64,000 nucleotides of DNA from Bacillota bacterium (GCA_050949165.1 JBMNFF010000014.1:142796-206795); one strand, 5' to 3'; shown: positions 16,725 through 27,422, counted from the first letter of the stretch. The notes: generated from the sequence alone by a model not told the origin. Program-made: numbers and translations.

Positions 16725-17393
16725 CTATAGGTCCGAATATTCCGAAACCTCTTCCCCCTGGAGTTCCTGCTGGGCCTGATGCCAAAACCGCTTCATGACC
16801 AGGATTCTCCGGGCAAAGATTTCCCTTCCCGTGGCGGTATAGAAGGGCAGCACTTCCAAATCCCGCAATTCTCTGATGCCCTGGCGGTAACAACCCCGAT
16901 AGTCCATGCCCACCCGGCCGGCATATATTCCCGTCATCATGATTCCCAGGGCGCCCACCTCATCCAGGCGGTCGGCATCTTTCAGGACGAGGGTTTCCAG
17001 CCCCAAATCTTCCTGGTGAGTGTCGTAGGAGTGAAACCTGATGGCCTCTACAATCCGCTCGACCTCTTCTGGAGCCATTGGCAAGTCCTCCAGGAATTCC
17101 CTGGCCAACTCGCTGCCCAAAATTGCGTGGTGAGTTTCATCGGAACGGGGATCCAGCTTGGCTATGTCGTGGAGGAGGGCGGCCATCTCCACGATTTCCA
17201 GATTCGCTCCCTCGGCCCTGCCAATCTCCCGGGCCGCAGCCAGGACCCGCAGGGTGTGGCGCCAGCGGAAGCTGGCTGTCCGGCGCCGGCCCATTTCCGG
17301 CCGTTCGGTGGACTGCATGTATTCCTTGACAAACTCTGCCGCTGCCCGAAAATATCGATTCACCATGGTGCCCCCCATATAATTCTTTTCCAA
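16725..17393 (-). CDS. HD-domain phosphohydrolase
   Basis: HD motif (LLHDIAK...D) in ~220-aa protein; exact start uncertain. Confidence 0.6.
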   Translation of the reverse strand: MEKNYMGGTMVNRYFRAAAEFVKEYMQSTERPEMGRRRTASFRWRHTLRVLAAAREIGRAEGANLEIVEMAALLHDIAKLDPRSDETHHAILGSELAREFLEDLPMAPEEVERIVEAIRFHSYDTHQEDLGLETLVLKDADRLDEVGALGIMMTGIYAGRVGMDYRGCYRQGIRELRDLEVLPFYTATGREIFARRILVMKRFWHQAQQELQGEEVSEYSDL

Positions 17394-17498
17394 CCAGAAC
17401 TAGATTATAGCATATCGAAAGAAATATAGAAGGCCGGCAGGAATAGCTCTGCCTTGGTTTTGGCAAAGTAATGTTAGCTAAGGCAGGAGGGTGGCAGC

Positions 17499-19070
17499 AT
17501 GCGCAAGCCCCGCAAACCTCTGAAATTATGGGAAAAGAAAGCTCAAGAGCTGGCTCAGGCCGCCCGGAACGAGCAAGCTGTCTCTTTTACCGGAGATTTT
17601 GAAACCAATTGTGGGATGATCGAAGAGGTCATCCGCAACTGCAATGACGTCGGCTCCCGCACTTTTACCATCCCCTGGGAGGCGCCCCGGAAAGCTCGCC
17701 TTTACTATATGGTCGGCCTCACCGACAAGGATATGCTCAATGAAAGCATCCTCGCCCCCCTGACCAGTCCGGCAAAGGTTCGGGCGTACACCAATGTTCC
17801 CGATATCATCAGCAGTTTTAAAGTCCAGGAAGTGCAAAAACTCAACCTCGCCATCAACCATTTATTCGACGACTTGACCCTCCTGGTGGTGGATGGAAGT
17901 CCTTCCGCCTGGATTATCGATACCCGTCTCGCTTCCCTGCGCACTGTGGATATGCCCGAAACTGAGCCCATTATCCGGGGGCCCCGGGACAGCTTTATCG
18001 AAGATCTGGAGACAAATATTTCTCTGATCCGCAAGCGGATTAAGAGTCCCCTCTTGAAGAATCACGCCCTCTCCATCGGCAGAATAACCCGAACCAAGAT
18101 TTCAGTGCTGTATTTAGAGGGAACCGCCGATCCAAAAGTGCTGGAGGAGCTGCATTCCCGCCTCAAACAAATAGATATAGACGGGGTAATGGATACCGGC
18201 CAATTGGAACAGCTAATCGAAGACAACTCCTTCTCTCCCTTTCCCCAAATCTCCAACACCGAGCGCCCCGACTCTGCCGCCGCCGCCCTTCTGGACGGCC
18301 GGGTGGTAATCCTGGCGGACAATACCCCCTTTGCCCTCATCCTCCCCACCGTCCTCACCGACATGCTCCAATCCAATGAGGATTACTATCAGCGCTTTCA
18401 CTTCGCCTCAGCAATACGCTTTCTCCGCTATATTATGTTTGCCCTGGCCCTTCTGGGGCCGGCTCTCTTCATCGGGATCACCACCTATCACAATGAACTG
18501 ATTCCCACCGTCCTCCTCTTGCGCATCATAAGCACCAGGGTGGGAATGCCCTTTCCCGCCATCCTGGAGGCCTTGCTCATGGAGTTGGCCTTCGAGGCCC
18601 TGAGAGAGGCGGGCCTGCGCCTGCCCAGGCCTGCCGGTCAGACCGTTGGCATCGTGGGGGCTCTGGTCATCGGCCAGGCGGCGGTGCAGGCGGGAATAGT
18701 TTCGCCCATTATGGTAATAGTGGTGGCGGGAACGGGCATCGCCTCCTTTACCATTCCCGGCTTCAGTTTGGCCCTCAGTATCCGCTTGCTCCGCTTTATC
18801 TTCATGCTCTTGGCGGCGGTCCTGGGTTTACACGGAGTCAACCTCGGCATCAGCGTCCTCCTGGTCCATCTGGTCTCTCTGCGCTCCTTCGGCGTTCCTT
18901 ATCTGACGCCCATGGCGCCCATAACCCCGGCCGACTGGAAGGACCTTGTCGTCCGGGGGCCAATTTGGTGGCTGACCACCCGCCCCACTTTTATTGCCAA
19001 GGACAATGTGCGGCGGCAAGGTTACAGCCATGGGCAAATGCAACCAAAACGAGAGGAAGGTAATCAATGA
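17499..19070 (+). CDS. gerAA: Spore germination protein, GerA-family A subunit
   Basis: 523 aa, GerA family core with C-terminal multi-TM region. Confidence 0.8.
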   Translation: MRKPRKPLKLWEKKAQELAQAARNEQAVSFTGDFETNCGMIEEVIRNCNDVGSRTFTIPWEAPRKARLYYMVGLTDKDMLNESILAPLTSPAKVRAYTNVPDIISSFKVQEVQKLNLAINHLFDDLTLLVVDGSPSAWIIDTRLASLRTVDMPETEPIIRGPRDSFIEDLETNISLIRKRIKSPLLKNHALSIGRITRTKISVLYLEGTADPKVLEELHSRLKQIDIDGVMDTGQLEQLIEDNSFSPFPQISNTERPDSAAAALLDGRVVILADNTPFALILPTVLTDMLQSNEDYYQRFHFASAIRFLRYIMFALALLGPALFIGITTYHNELIPTVLLLRIISTRVGMPFPAILEALLMELAFEALREAGLRLPRPAGQTVGIVGALVIGQAAVQAGIVSPIMVIVVAGTGIASFTIPGFSLALSIRLLRFIFMLLAAVLGLHGVNLGISVLLVHLVSLRSFGVPYLTPMAPITPADWKDLVVRGPIWWLTTRPTFIAKDNVRRQGYSHGQMQPKREEGNQ

Positions 19071-20254
19071 AGCGCCTGATCTCAGCACTCTTGATCGCCC
19101 TGCTCTTGCTCAGCTCTCCCGGCTGTTGGGACCTGGTTGAGCTCAAGCGGATTGGCTTGGTCACCATAGTAGGAATCGATTACGATACCCAGGGGGACGG
19201 CTTTGAAGTCACAGTCCATATCTTTCAGCCCCTTGCCGGTAACGGCCAGAGTCAGGGAGGAGGCGATGGCAGCTCCAAGGCGATCCTGGTGGAAACCATT
19301 CGCGGCCAGACCATCATGGATGCCTTGCGCAATTTGCGCGGCATCGCCGGCTATCACCTGACCTTTCACCATGCCCGCCTGCTTGTCATCGGCGAGGACC
19401 TGGCCCGCAAAGGGGTTGCCCCCGTCCTGGATTTCGCCATGCGTACCCGGGAGTTGCGCATCAATTCCCTGCTCCTGGTCTGCCAGGGCAGTGCCAAGGA
19501 TTTCCTGCGCATCCAACTGGAAGTGTCCGACAGCCTGCAGACGAAGCTGGAAGGGCTCCTGGACGACGCCAGCCTCTGGTCCAAGAGCCAGTCGGTACAG
19601 ATCTTCCGCTTTATTCAAGAGCTCCTGGACCCCGGCAAACAGCCGGTGGCCACTCGCTTGCTCAAGCTTTCCCCCGAGCCCGGCAACCCTACCCCGATAA
19701 TCGACAACGAAGAGAAACCCGCCGAGGAAGTCGCAATCATCGAGGGTCTGGCGGTCTTCAATGATGACAAGCTGGTGGATTGGCTCACCGGCACCGAGAC
19801 CATTGGCTATCGGTATTTGACCGGGGAAGGCGGGGAGATGATCCTGGTGGTACCCTGGCGGGGGGCAAAGGCCTCCCTGGAAGTCCACTTGAACAGCTGT
19901 TCCAAGGATGTATCCTTTTCCCAGGGCATCCCCACCTTTGAAATCACCCTCTATGTCTCCATCGACCTGGTGGAATACACCGGCTACTTGGACGTCACCC
20001 CAGATGTGGCCGAGGAGTTGAGAAACCTGGCCAGCCAGCAAATCACCGGCATTTTAGAGTCCACCGTGGAGAAGGCAAAAGCCCTTGGCGTCGATTTCCT
20101 CGGCTTTGGGGGCATTGTCAGTCGCCGCAATCCCCGGCAGTGGGCAAAACTCAATACCCAATGGCGGGAGGTCTTCCCCGAAATCAAGGCAAAATACGAT
20201 ATCCGCGCCGACATGTTGATGCCGGGTCTATGGTCTGAAGCCATTCCCCGTTAG
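19067..20254 (+). CDS. gerAC: Spore germination lipoprotein, Ger(x)C family
   Basis: Lipobox LLSSPGC, GerAC fold; 4-nt overlap with gerAA. Confidence 0.75.
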   Translation: MKRLISALLIALLLLSSPGCWDLVELKRIGLVTIVGIDYDTQGDGFEVTVHIFQPLAGNGQSQGGGDGSSKAILVETIRGQTIMDALRNLRGIAGYHLTFHHARLLVIGEDLARKGVAPVLDFAMRTRELRINSLLLVCQGSAKDFLRIQLEVSDSLQTKLEGLLDDASLWSKSQSVQIFRFIQELLDPGKQPVATRLLKLSPEPGNPTPIIDNEEKPAEEVAIIEGLAVFNDDKLVDWLTGTETIGYRYLTGEGGEMILVVPWRGAKASLEVHLNSCSKDVSFSQGIPTFEITLYVSIDLVEYTGYLDVTPDVAEELRNLASQQITGILESTVEKAKALGVDFLGFGGIVSRRNPRQWAKLNTQWREVFPEIKAKYDIRADMLMPGLWSEAIPR

Positions 20255-20265
20255 GAGCAGAAGAT

Positions 20266-20505
20266 ATGCAGACTTTCTTGTCGCTGGTGGTGATCAGCCT
20301 GTACTTCCTGTGGTTTCGCCTGTACGGCAAGGCCATGATTGCCGCCCAGGAGTGGCCGGATCTGGCGGTGAGTTTAGGTTTGGCGGGCCTGTCCCTTTAC
20401 TATGCCTGGGCGGTGATCTGGGATGTGGCCATCCAATTTCCTACCCACTACTTGACTCAGCTACTGATGCCCCTGATTCGCCTGGTCTACGGAAACTGGC
20501 TTTAA
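20266..20505 (+). CDS. Small hypothetical membrane protein (79 aa)
   Basis: Two hydrophobic helices; starts 12 nt after gerAC stop; overlaps the 3' end of convergent gerAB, so uncertain. Confidence 0.3.
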   Translation: MQTFLSLVVISLYFLWFRLYGKAMIAAQEWPDLAVSLGLAGLSLYYAWAVIWDVAIQFPTHYLTQLLMPLIRLVYGNWL

Positions 20506-21588
20506 TTTGTCCCGCAGCCAACTGATCGCCAAGAGCAGAACAGGGCAGAGCACTTCCCCTGGCAGGGCCAGAATGGGGAAGGCATAGAAAGTGGAGAAGT
20601 GGAATTCGGAATGAGTTGGGTAACGGATATGGGTGGCAAAAAAGAGCACGGCGGCAAAGGGCAGCCAGAGATTTTCCAGGCGCCGGACCTTGGTGAGCTG
20701 GGCGAGGCCCAAGACTACAGCATAAATGGTAATGACCAATTTCATCAGCAGGCCTATGTACCATATGCCCAGGAACGCTCCCTCCACCCGGTTGAGGAAC
20801 TCGCCAAATTCCACCAGGCGAAATAATATCACCACCGGCAAGGTCAGGCGATTGCCCAGTTCAGGGCCCAAGGCCATCAGCGTCAACCCCGTGCGAATCA
20901 GCAAGAGAGCACCCGCCGCCAGGGGCGCCAGCAGGTACAATTTCTCAGCCCCCTTGTCTTCCCGGACATAGGGCAAGAAAATTGCCGGAACCATTACCTC
21001 GCCAAAGGGAAAGACCAAACCGTTGAGGGTTCCCGTCAGCACCCCTCGCCAGTTTATCTTGAAAAGGGGCTGAAAGACCTGGACACCGATTTCCTTCCAC
21101 TCCAGCAGGGGCAGGACCAGGATAAGCAGAGCTAAGGGAATCCAGACCAATTCGCACATGCGGCCGATGGTTTCGACCCCCTTGTAGCACGCATAAACCG
21201 CCACCGCGATGAAGGTCAGCTCGAGCACCATTTCCGGGGTGGAGGGAAGCATTATGGTGTGAGTGAGCAAAACCATGTCCTCTACGATGAAGTTGGAGAC
21301 CACGGCCATGAGAAAGAGCAGGTAAAGACCCAGGGGATATCCCAACCAGGGTCCCAATATCTTTATGCCGTACTGAACCATGCTCAGGCCGGGATATCTT
21401 CGCTGCAGGCGCAGCCAGACTGCCATGAGCAGGACGCTGATTAAACAACCCAGGAGAGTGGAAATCCAGGCATCCTTTTCGGCAAAGAGCATCTCGGGCA
21501 CGAAGACCATGGAGGCGCCGATCATGTAGACAAAGGTTATCAAGGCGAACTGCTTTGGAGACAAGACAGGCTTGGGCAAGGTAACCAC
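20461..21588 (-). CDS. gerAB: Spore germination protein, GerAB-family permease subunit
   Basis: 375 aa, ~10 TM, APC-transporter-like GerB family. Confidence 0.75.
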   Translation of the reverse strand: MVTLPKPVLSPKQFALITFVYMIGASMVFVPEMLFAEKDAWISTLLGCLISVLLMAVWLRLQRRYPGLSMVQYGIKILGPWLGYPLGLYLLFLMAVVSNFIVEDMVLLTHTIMLPSTPEMVLELTFIAVAVYACYKGVETIGRMCELVWIPLALLILVLPLLEWKEIGVQVFQPLFKINWRGVLTGTLNGLVFPFGEVMVPAIFLPYVREDKGAEKLYLLAPLAAGALLLIRTGLTLMALGPELGNRLTLPVVILFRLVEFGEFLNRVEGAFLGIWYIGLLMKLVITIYAVVLGLAQLTKVRRLENLWLPFAAVLFFATHIRYPTHSEFHFSTFYAFPILALPGEVLCPVLLLAISWLRDKLKPVSVDQANQGHQ

Positions 21589-21624
21589 CTCAAGCTTTAG
21601 TCTGTCCCTTTTTGCCCGGGATAA

Positions 21625-21648
21625 TAGAGAACCGGCCTTAGGGCCGGT
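21625..21648. terminator. Hairpin terminator between gerAB start region and ridA
   Basis: GAACCGGCCTTAGGGCCGGTTC perfect palindrome. Confidence 0.35.
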
Positions 21649-21656
21649 TCACATTC

Positions 21657-22040
21657 TTATTTTACCAAGGCTATTGCTTCAACCTCGATGAGGACATCCT
21701 TGGGCAGGCGGGCCACTTCCACACAGGCCCGGGCCGGCGGGTTGTCACCAAAGTATGTTCCGTACACTTCGTTGATCTGACCAAACTGATTCATGTCCTT
21801 GATGAAAAGGGTGCACTTTACGCAATTGTCCAGGCTGGTTCCAGCTGCTTCCAGGATGGCCTTGACGTTATCCATGCACTGCCTGGTCTGAGCCTGAACG
21901 TCGCCCTGCACTAAATCTCCGGTATCAGGCTTCAAGGCAATCTGGCCTGAAGTAAAGACCAGGTCGCCAACTCTTACAGCCTGGGAATAGGGACCAATGG
22001 CTGCCGGGGCTTTTTCGGTGCTGATGATGGTTTTATTCAT
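21657..22040 (-). CDS. ridA: RidA family enamine/imine deaminase
   Basis: 127 aa YjgF/RidA fold ([11 protein letters not shown]...). Confidence 0.8.
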   Translation of the reverse strand: MNKTIISTEKAPAAIGPYSQAVRVGDLVFTSGQIALKPDTGDLVQGDVQAQTRQCMDNVKAILEAAGTSLDNCVKCTLFIKDMNQFGQINEVYGTYFGDNPPARACVEVARLPKDVLIEVEAIALVK

Positions 22041-22115
22041 GTCTCTTCCTCCTTTTAATAGTAGACAGGATTCTAAATTGCTAAACCCATATTAGTATGG
22101 GTAAATAGCCCGGGA

Positions 22116-23492
22116 TTAAACCAATTTAAAGGTCGCGGTGAAGTGCCTCAAAATCGGGGGTTCGTCCACAAAGGCCACTCCCCGGACGCTGTCCCGGCGC
22201 TCCTTGATGGCAATCAGGGCGTCGGCAATGACGTCCATATGTTCATTGGTGTAGACCCGGCGGGGAATGGCCAGGCGCAGCAGGTCCAGCTGGGGATAAA
22301 GATTTTCGCCGGTCTCGGGATCCCGCCCGGCCAGGACTCCGCCCACTTCGACGCTGCGAACCCCGGCTTCCCGGTACAGCTCGATGCACAGGGCCTGGGC
22401 CGGGAACAACTCCTTGGGCAAGTGGGGCAGGAACCTGCGGGCGTCGACAAAGACGGCGTGCCCCCCCACCGGCTCGACGATGGGAATGCCGGCCTGGCGC
22501 AACCTCTCGCCCAGGTACTCCACCTGACCGATGCGGTAGGCAAGGTAGGAGGGGTCCACGACTTCCTTGAGACCCAGGGCCATGGCCTCCATATCCCGGC
22601 CGGCCAGGCCGCCGTAAGTGGGAAAGCCTTCGAAGACGACGCCCAGGCGGGAAATTTCTTTGTACAGCATTTGGTCCCGGAGGGCGACAAAGCCGCCGAT
22701 GTTGACCAGGGCGTCCTTCTTGGCGCTCATGGTGCAGCCGTCGGCATAGCTGAACATCTCCCGGACGATTTCCGGAATGGACTTTTCGGCATAACCTTCT
22801 TCCCGCCGCTGAATGAACCAGGCATTTTCGGCAAAGCGGGCGGCATCGAAGAAGACCCGGAGCCCGTAGCGGTCGGCAATCTCCCGCACCCCCCGGATAT
22901 TGGCCATGGACACCGGCTGGCCGCCGCCGCTATTGCAGGTAATGGTGACCAGGATAAAGGCAACTTGCTCTGGGCCATTGTCCTGGATATAGCTTTCCAG
23001 GGCCTGCAAATCAAAATTGCCCTTAAAGGGGTGGTATGTCTGGGTGTCATTGGCGATGGCTGCGGCAAGGTCCACAGCCCGCCCCTTCTTCAGCTCGATG
23101 TGAGCCTTGGTGGTGTCAAAATGCATATTGCCCAGAACGTGCTGCCCCGGCTTTATCATGTGGTGAAAGAGGATGTTTTCGGCCCCCCGCCCCTGATGGG
23201 TGGGGATGACGTATTTAAAGCCCATCAGGTCCTCCACCGTCTGCTGCAGGTGATAAAAATTGCGGCTGCCGGCATAGGACTCATCCCCTTGCATCAAGCC
23301 GCCCCATTGGGTTTCACTCATGGCGGAGGTGCCGCTATCGGTTAAGAGATCGATGTAGACAGCATGTGAAGGCAAAGCAAAGATATTATAACCGGCCTCT
23401 TCCAACAGTCTTTCCCGCTCTTCCCGGGAGATCATGGCGATGGGCTCCACCATCTTGATTCGCCAGGGCGGGGGCATTCTCTTACCGGACAT
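22116..23492 (-). CDS. tpl: Beta-eliminating lyase, tyrosine phenol-lyase-like (Tpl/TnaA family)
   Basis: PLP-lysine region [22 protein letters not shown] and N-terminal [29 protein letters not shown] match Tpl better than TnaA; GGGAGG RBS. Confidence 0.7.
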   Translation of the reverse strand: MSGKRMPPPWRIKMVEPIAMISREERERLLEEAGYNIFALPSHAVYIDLLTDSGTSAMSETQWGGLMQGDESYAGSRNFYHLQQTVEDLMGFKYVIPTHQGRGAENILFHHMIKPGQHVLGNMHFDTTKAHIELKKGRAVDLAAAIANDTQTYHPFKGNFDLQALESYIQDNGPEQVAFILVTITCNSGGGQPVSMANIRGVREIADRYGLRVFFDAARFAENAWFIQRREEGYAEKSIPEIVREMFSYADGCTMSAKKDALVNIGGFVALRDQMLYKEISRLGVVFEGFPTYGGLAGRDMEAMALGLKEVVDPSYLAYRIGQVEYLGERLRQAGIPIVEPVGGHAVFVDARRFLPHLPKELFPAQALCIELYREAGVRSVEVGGVLAGRDPETGENLYPQLDLLRLAIPRRVYTNEHMDVIADALIAIKERRDSVRGVAFVDEPPILRHFTATFKLV

Positions 23493-23636
23493 TCAATAAC
23501 CTCCCGTACATTGCTTTTCTACACCATTATGCCACAGCAGCCAGATATTCTCAACAACTGGAATTGTTTAACATAAGGGAAAAGCTGCCAGGCCATTAAA
23601 CAGGCAGGAGCTGGAGAAAATATACTGAGCACTTCC

Positions 23637-24362
23637 TTGGAGGGATTTAGAGTGAACCAGTACCTGGTGATCCTGATTCGCGTTTTCATAACCTGGCCCC
23701 TGCTGTTTATCACCACCATGCTGATGGGCAAGCGCAATATGGGCCAGTTGCCGGTGTTCGACTTTATCATCGTCATTACCGTGGGCTCCATCGCCGCCAC
23801 CAACTTGGCCGACCCCGCGGTGCCCCACGGGCCGACTCTGATGTCCATCGGGGTAATCGCCCTGATCCAGATAATCTTTTCCAAATTACAGCTCAAGTCG
23901 GCGCCCGTCAGAAACTTTACCAATATTACCCCGACGATAATCATCCAGGACGGCCAATTCCTCACCCACAATTTGGCCAAAATCCGCTATACCATCGACG
24001 ATATCCTGCCCCTGCTCCGCATCCAGGGGGTTTTTAACCTGTCGGAGGTGGACTATGCCATCATTGAGCCCAACGGCAATCTCAGTGTGCTGAAAAAGGC
24101 CAACGCCTCCCCCGTCACCCCGGCTGACCTGAAAATGAACCTGCCCAACAAGGGGCTACCCCAGCTCCTGGTTGCCGACGGCCTCCTGGTTCCCAACGCC
24201 TTTAAGGGAACTGACGTCGACCAGGAATGGCTGGAGCAAGAGATACGTCGTCACGGATTTGCGAAAATCAGCGAGATCTACCTGGCATCCCTGGAGAAGA
24301 GTGGATACCTGTACATCTCGCCTATGCGGGGAAAGGACCCCGGCCGCAGCTTGCACTATTGA
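23637..24362 (+). CDS. DUF421 (YetF-like) membrane protein
   Basis: N-terminal TM helices plus C-terminal YetF-like soluble domain. Confidence 0.55.
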   Translation: MEGFRVNQYLVILIRVFITWPLLFITTMLMGKRNMGQLPVFDFIIVITVGSIAATNLADPAVPHGPTLMSIGVIALIQIIFSKLQLKSAPVRNFTNITPTIIIQDGQFLTHNLAKIRYTIDDILPLLRIQGVFNLSEVDYAIIEPNGNLSVLKKANASPVTPADLKMNLPNKGLPQLLVADGLLVPNAFKGTDVDQEWLEQEIRRHGFAKISEIYLASLEKSGYLYISPMRGKDPGRSLHY

Positions 24363-24395
24363 GGCAAGCAACTGGCCCATCTGGGCGCAGGCCGA

Positions 24396-24448
24396 AAAGA
24401 GTCCCTGGACCTTTACCAGGGACTCTTCTATGGCAGAGCGGTATTTTT
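24396..24448. terminator. Bidirectional terminator between convergent genes
   Basis: AGAGTCCCTGG-N7-CCAGGGACTCT followed by T-run (GGTATTTTTTG). Confidence 0.4.
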
Positions 24449-24465
24449 TGAGAACTACCCCGCCC

Positions 24466-25176
24466 TCAGGATATCTTCCCGTCGATGCCGACGGTGATGT
24501 CTCCCAGCTCAACGGCGCGGCCGCTGAGCTCAATGGCTTGGCGCACTATGTGGACCAGGCCGGAACAGCAGGGCACTTCCATATGGGCTACGGTGACCTT
24601 TGGGATGCTGTTGGCAACTATGATTTCGGCCAGTTTGGCGGCATAGCTTTGGATCTGATCCAGCTTGGGACAGGCTATGGTGACAACCTGCCCCTGCAGG
24701 ATTTTGCCATGGAAGTTGGGATAGGCAAAGGGAACACAGTCGGCGCAGACCAACAATTCCCGATCCCTGAAATAGGGGGCTGTGACGGGCACCAGGTGGA
24801 GCTGAACCGGCCAGTTGACCAGCTCAGATTCCAGCTCTGCGGTGCTTTGCCGACTGCGCTCCCGGGCCATGTTCACCGCCCGAGAGCCGGGGCAGCCTCC
24901 GGAGCAGGGCTGAGCTTTGCCCCTCAGGGACTGCAAATGTTCCTGCACAGCCAGTTCGTCGTACGCGTCGGCTTCCCGCTCAATAATGGTGATGGCGCCC
25001 AGGGGGCAGTGCCCCAGGCAATCGCCCAAGCCGTCGCAGAGCTTATCTTCCACCAGGCGAGCAACGCCATCGATGATCTGGATGGCGCCCTCATGACAGG
25101 CGGGGACGCAGAGCCCGCAGCCATTGCATTTTTCTTCATCGATCATGACTATTTTTCTGGTTCGTTTCATCCTCAT
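24466..25176 (-). CDS. 4Fe-4S dicluster ferredoxin-domain protein
   Basis: CNGCGLCVPAC and CDGLGDCLGHC motifs at N-terminus; extra Cys-rich C-terminal domain. Confidence 0.6.
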   Translation of the reverse strand: MRMKRTRKIVMIDEEKCNGCGLCVPACHEGAIQIIDGVARLVEDKLCDGLGDCLGHCPLGAITIIEREADAYDELAVQEHLQSLRGKAQPCSGGCPGSRAVNMARERSRQSTAELESELVNWPVQLHLVPVTAPYFRDRELLVCADCVPFAYPNFHGKILQGQVVTIACPKLDQIQSYAAKLAEIIVANSIPKVTVAHMEVPCCSGLVHIVRQAIELSGRAVELGDITVGIDGKIS

Positions 25177-25244
25177 CCCTCCGGTTATTATATCCGCCCA
25201 ATTATACCCCGGCGGGACAAGGGTGTCTGTGATTTAGGTCAAAG

Positions 25245-26444
25245 CTAATCGGATATTGCCATTAACTTGCCGTCGTCGCTGACCAAGTAGATGGTGCCGT
25301 CCACCAGGGCCATGAAGGAGGCGGAAGTTGCCGGCTGTCCGGTGTCGAACTCCCACACCTCCTTGCCCCGGGCCACCGCCTTGATCCAGATGGTTCCCTG
25401 CTGTACCCCTGCCATGTAGACGCGCCCCCGGCTGTCCATGACGCCGTTGCTTTCCCAACCGGCAAGCTCAAATTGCCAGAGTTCCTTGCCCTCCATATCC
25501 AGGGCCAGGAGTTTGCTACGCAGGACATTGGCTACCACCAAATTGGGGGCGAGAAAAATCTGCTCGATCCTCTGCCCGGCCTGGACGCGCCACAGCACCT
25601 TGCCCTGGGCCACGGCATACAGCCAGCCAGGGCTGTAGACCCTGTTGATGTCCTCGATCCTGGGCGTGCCGAAAAACACAGTGCCATCCTGACCGGCGGC
25701 GATAGCCATCCCCACCCCCCGGGTTTCGTCCCGGACGAAATCTGTCTGCCAGAGCAATTCTCCGCCGGCACCCAGGGCCAGGAGAAAATTATCCCCCCCA
25801 TCGGTCTCGACAAAGACAAAGGCCCGGCCATCCTCCAAGACCACTGGATAGCTGGCGTAGAAGGACTGGTCCTGGGCGGCAAAATCCCGGCGCCACAAGG
25901 GCTCGCCCCCTTTGACGATTCCATATATTCGCAGGGCCACAGTGTTGGCAGCATTGACATACTGATGGCATACCACCGTATAGCCGGAGCTGGTCACGGC
26001 CGGGCTGACCGATGCCGGCCATGGCAGCCAACCGGTCCCCACCAGACTCTCTCCACTGCTGCTGATGCGGAAGGTCTCCTCCCGGGAACCCTGGGTGGAC
26101 ATGAGAATCTTGCCACCGGGCTGCAGGACCAGGTGGGGGGGAAGGCTGCTGCTGCCGCTGACCCAGCTGTCAAAGCGCCACTGGATTTTTCCTTTGCTGT
26201 CCACCTGGGTAATGCTGCCGCCGGAATGAGGGATATAGATTCGCCCCTCCTCATCGATTACGGGACACCCGGGATTTGTCCCATTCAGGTCAGTCACCCA
26301 AAGGAGGCGGGGTTTATTGGGACCGCGCTCCCGGGCACAGAGAGAACGGCTGCCGTCGCCGCCATAGCCTCGCCATACTTGGGGCTGGCCACCGCAGCCG
26401 GCAAGCAGGAACAGGAGCAATAAAGAGCCTATCCACCTTTTCAT
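25245..26444 (-). CDS. PQQ-like beta-propeller repeat lipoprotein
   Basis: Lipoprotein signal (MKRWIGSLLLLFLLAGC), repeated WRxD/W-containing blades. Start at 26444 preferred over longer track ORF. Confidence 0.6.
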   Translation of the reverse strand: MKRWIGSLLLLFLLAGCGGQPQVWRGYGGDGSRSLCARERGPNKPRLLWVTDLNGTNPGCPVIDEEGRIYIPHSGGSITQVDSKGKIQWRFDSWVSGSSSLPPHLVLQPGGKILMSTQGSREETFRISSSGESLVGTGWLPWPASVSPAVTSSGYTVVCHQYVNAANTVALRIYGIVKGGEPLWRRDFAAQDQSFYASYPVVLEDGRAFVFVETDGGDNFLLALGAGGELLWQTDFVRDETRGVGMAIAAGQDGTVFFGTPRIEDINRVYSPGWLYAVAQGKVLWRVQAGQRIEQIFLAPNLVVANVLRSKLLALDMEGKELWQFELAGWESNGVMDSRGRVYMAGVQQGTIWIKAVARGKEVWEFDTGQPATSASFMALVDGTIYLVSDDGKLMAISD

Positions 26445-26522
26445 CCCATCCCCCCAAGACAGAAGCCCGCTTGAGGCGGGCGGCATCGTCATTAATATAT
26501 ATGCCAAAACCCGGCGCATATA

Positions 26523-27422
26523 TCACCGGGTCCACAATTCCATAAGCAATTCTTGGCAGCTTCGGGCATCCACTCCCATGATCACCTTTATTTTATGGGG
26601 CCAGGTATGCTGGCCGCCCCAGTCGCCAAGGACCTGGCCGCGGCAGTGCCGGCCCCTGGTCTCCACCTGCACTGCAACTTCCTGCAGGGCAAAGAGATCC
26701 TGCCGCACTGCCGCCAGGAGGGCCAGGGGGGCCCGGAGGGAGAGCTGCCGGCACTTTTCCAGGTAACAGCAGGCCATGGCGGCCATGGTCTTGCCTGCCC
26801 TCCCCCGGGAAGACAGGGCATCGACGTCTGGGGCAGCCCAACGCACCTGCACATCCAAGCCCACCATGGTCAGGTCCAGGCCGGAACCGAGCACCAGCTC
26901 GGCGGCATCAGGATCGGCGTAGATATTGGACTCCGCCGCAGGCGTCACATCGCCGGGCACTTTTAGGGCGCCGCCCGTCAACACCACCCCGCCCAGACTC
27001 TTCATCGCCTCCGGATGATATTCCAGGGCCAGGGCCAAATTGGTCAGGGGCCCCGTGGTCACCAGGATAACCTCATGGGGATACTTGCGCGCAACCTCGG
27101 CCATGAACGCCGCCGCATGCTGGGAGGAAATTCGGGAGGGTTCGGCTTCCATTGGCCAGCAACCCGGCCCCTGGGCTCCTTGGACGCCTGCAGCCAAGGG
27201 AGGTTTGCCGTGCAGGGGCATGGAGGCGCCCTTGTACACCCGGGCGGATGACCCCAATTCCCTCAGGAGGCCGCCGGCATTGGCGGCAACGGCCTCCAGG
27301 GGGATATTCCCCGCCACTGCACTGACCCCCAGGACATCCACCTCAGGCCAAGAACAAGCGGTGGCTAAGGCCAAGGCGGCGTCGATGCCGGGGCCCACAT
27401 CCAATACCAGTTTTTTTACCAT
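26523..27422 (-). CDS. Inosine-uridine-preferring nucleoside hydrolase
   Basis: N-terminal DxDxxxDD-type motif (LDVGPGIDAALAL); ATG overlaps ribokinase stop (ATGGTAA). Upstream track extension is in the ribokinase frame shadow and is rejected. Confidence 0.75.
   Translation of the reverse strand: MVKKLVLDVGPGIDAALALATACSWPEVDVLGVSAVAGNIPLEAVAANAGGLLRELGSSARVYKGASMPLHGKPPLAAGVQGAQGPGCWPMEAEPSRISSQHAAAFMAEVARKYPHEVILVTTGPLTNLALALEYHPEAMKSLGGVVLTGGALKVPGDVTPAAESNIYADPDAAELVLGSGLDLTMVGLDVQVRWAAPDVDALSSRGRAGKTMAAMACCYLEKCRQLSLRAPLALLAAVRQDLFALQEVAVQVETRGRHCRGQVLGDWGGQHTWPHKIKVIMGVDARSCQELLMELWTR

Noticed and set aside
22143-23345. 400-aa ORF on plus strand
   Set aside because: Entirely antisense to the well-supported tyrosine-phenol-lyase-like gene; Gly/Ala/Pro-rich low-complexity translation typical of high-GC shadow frames.
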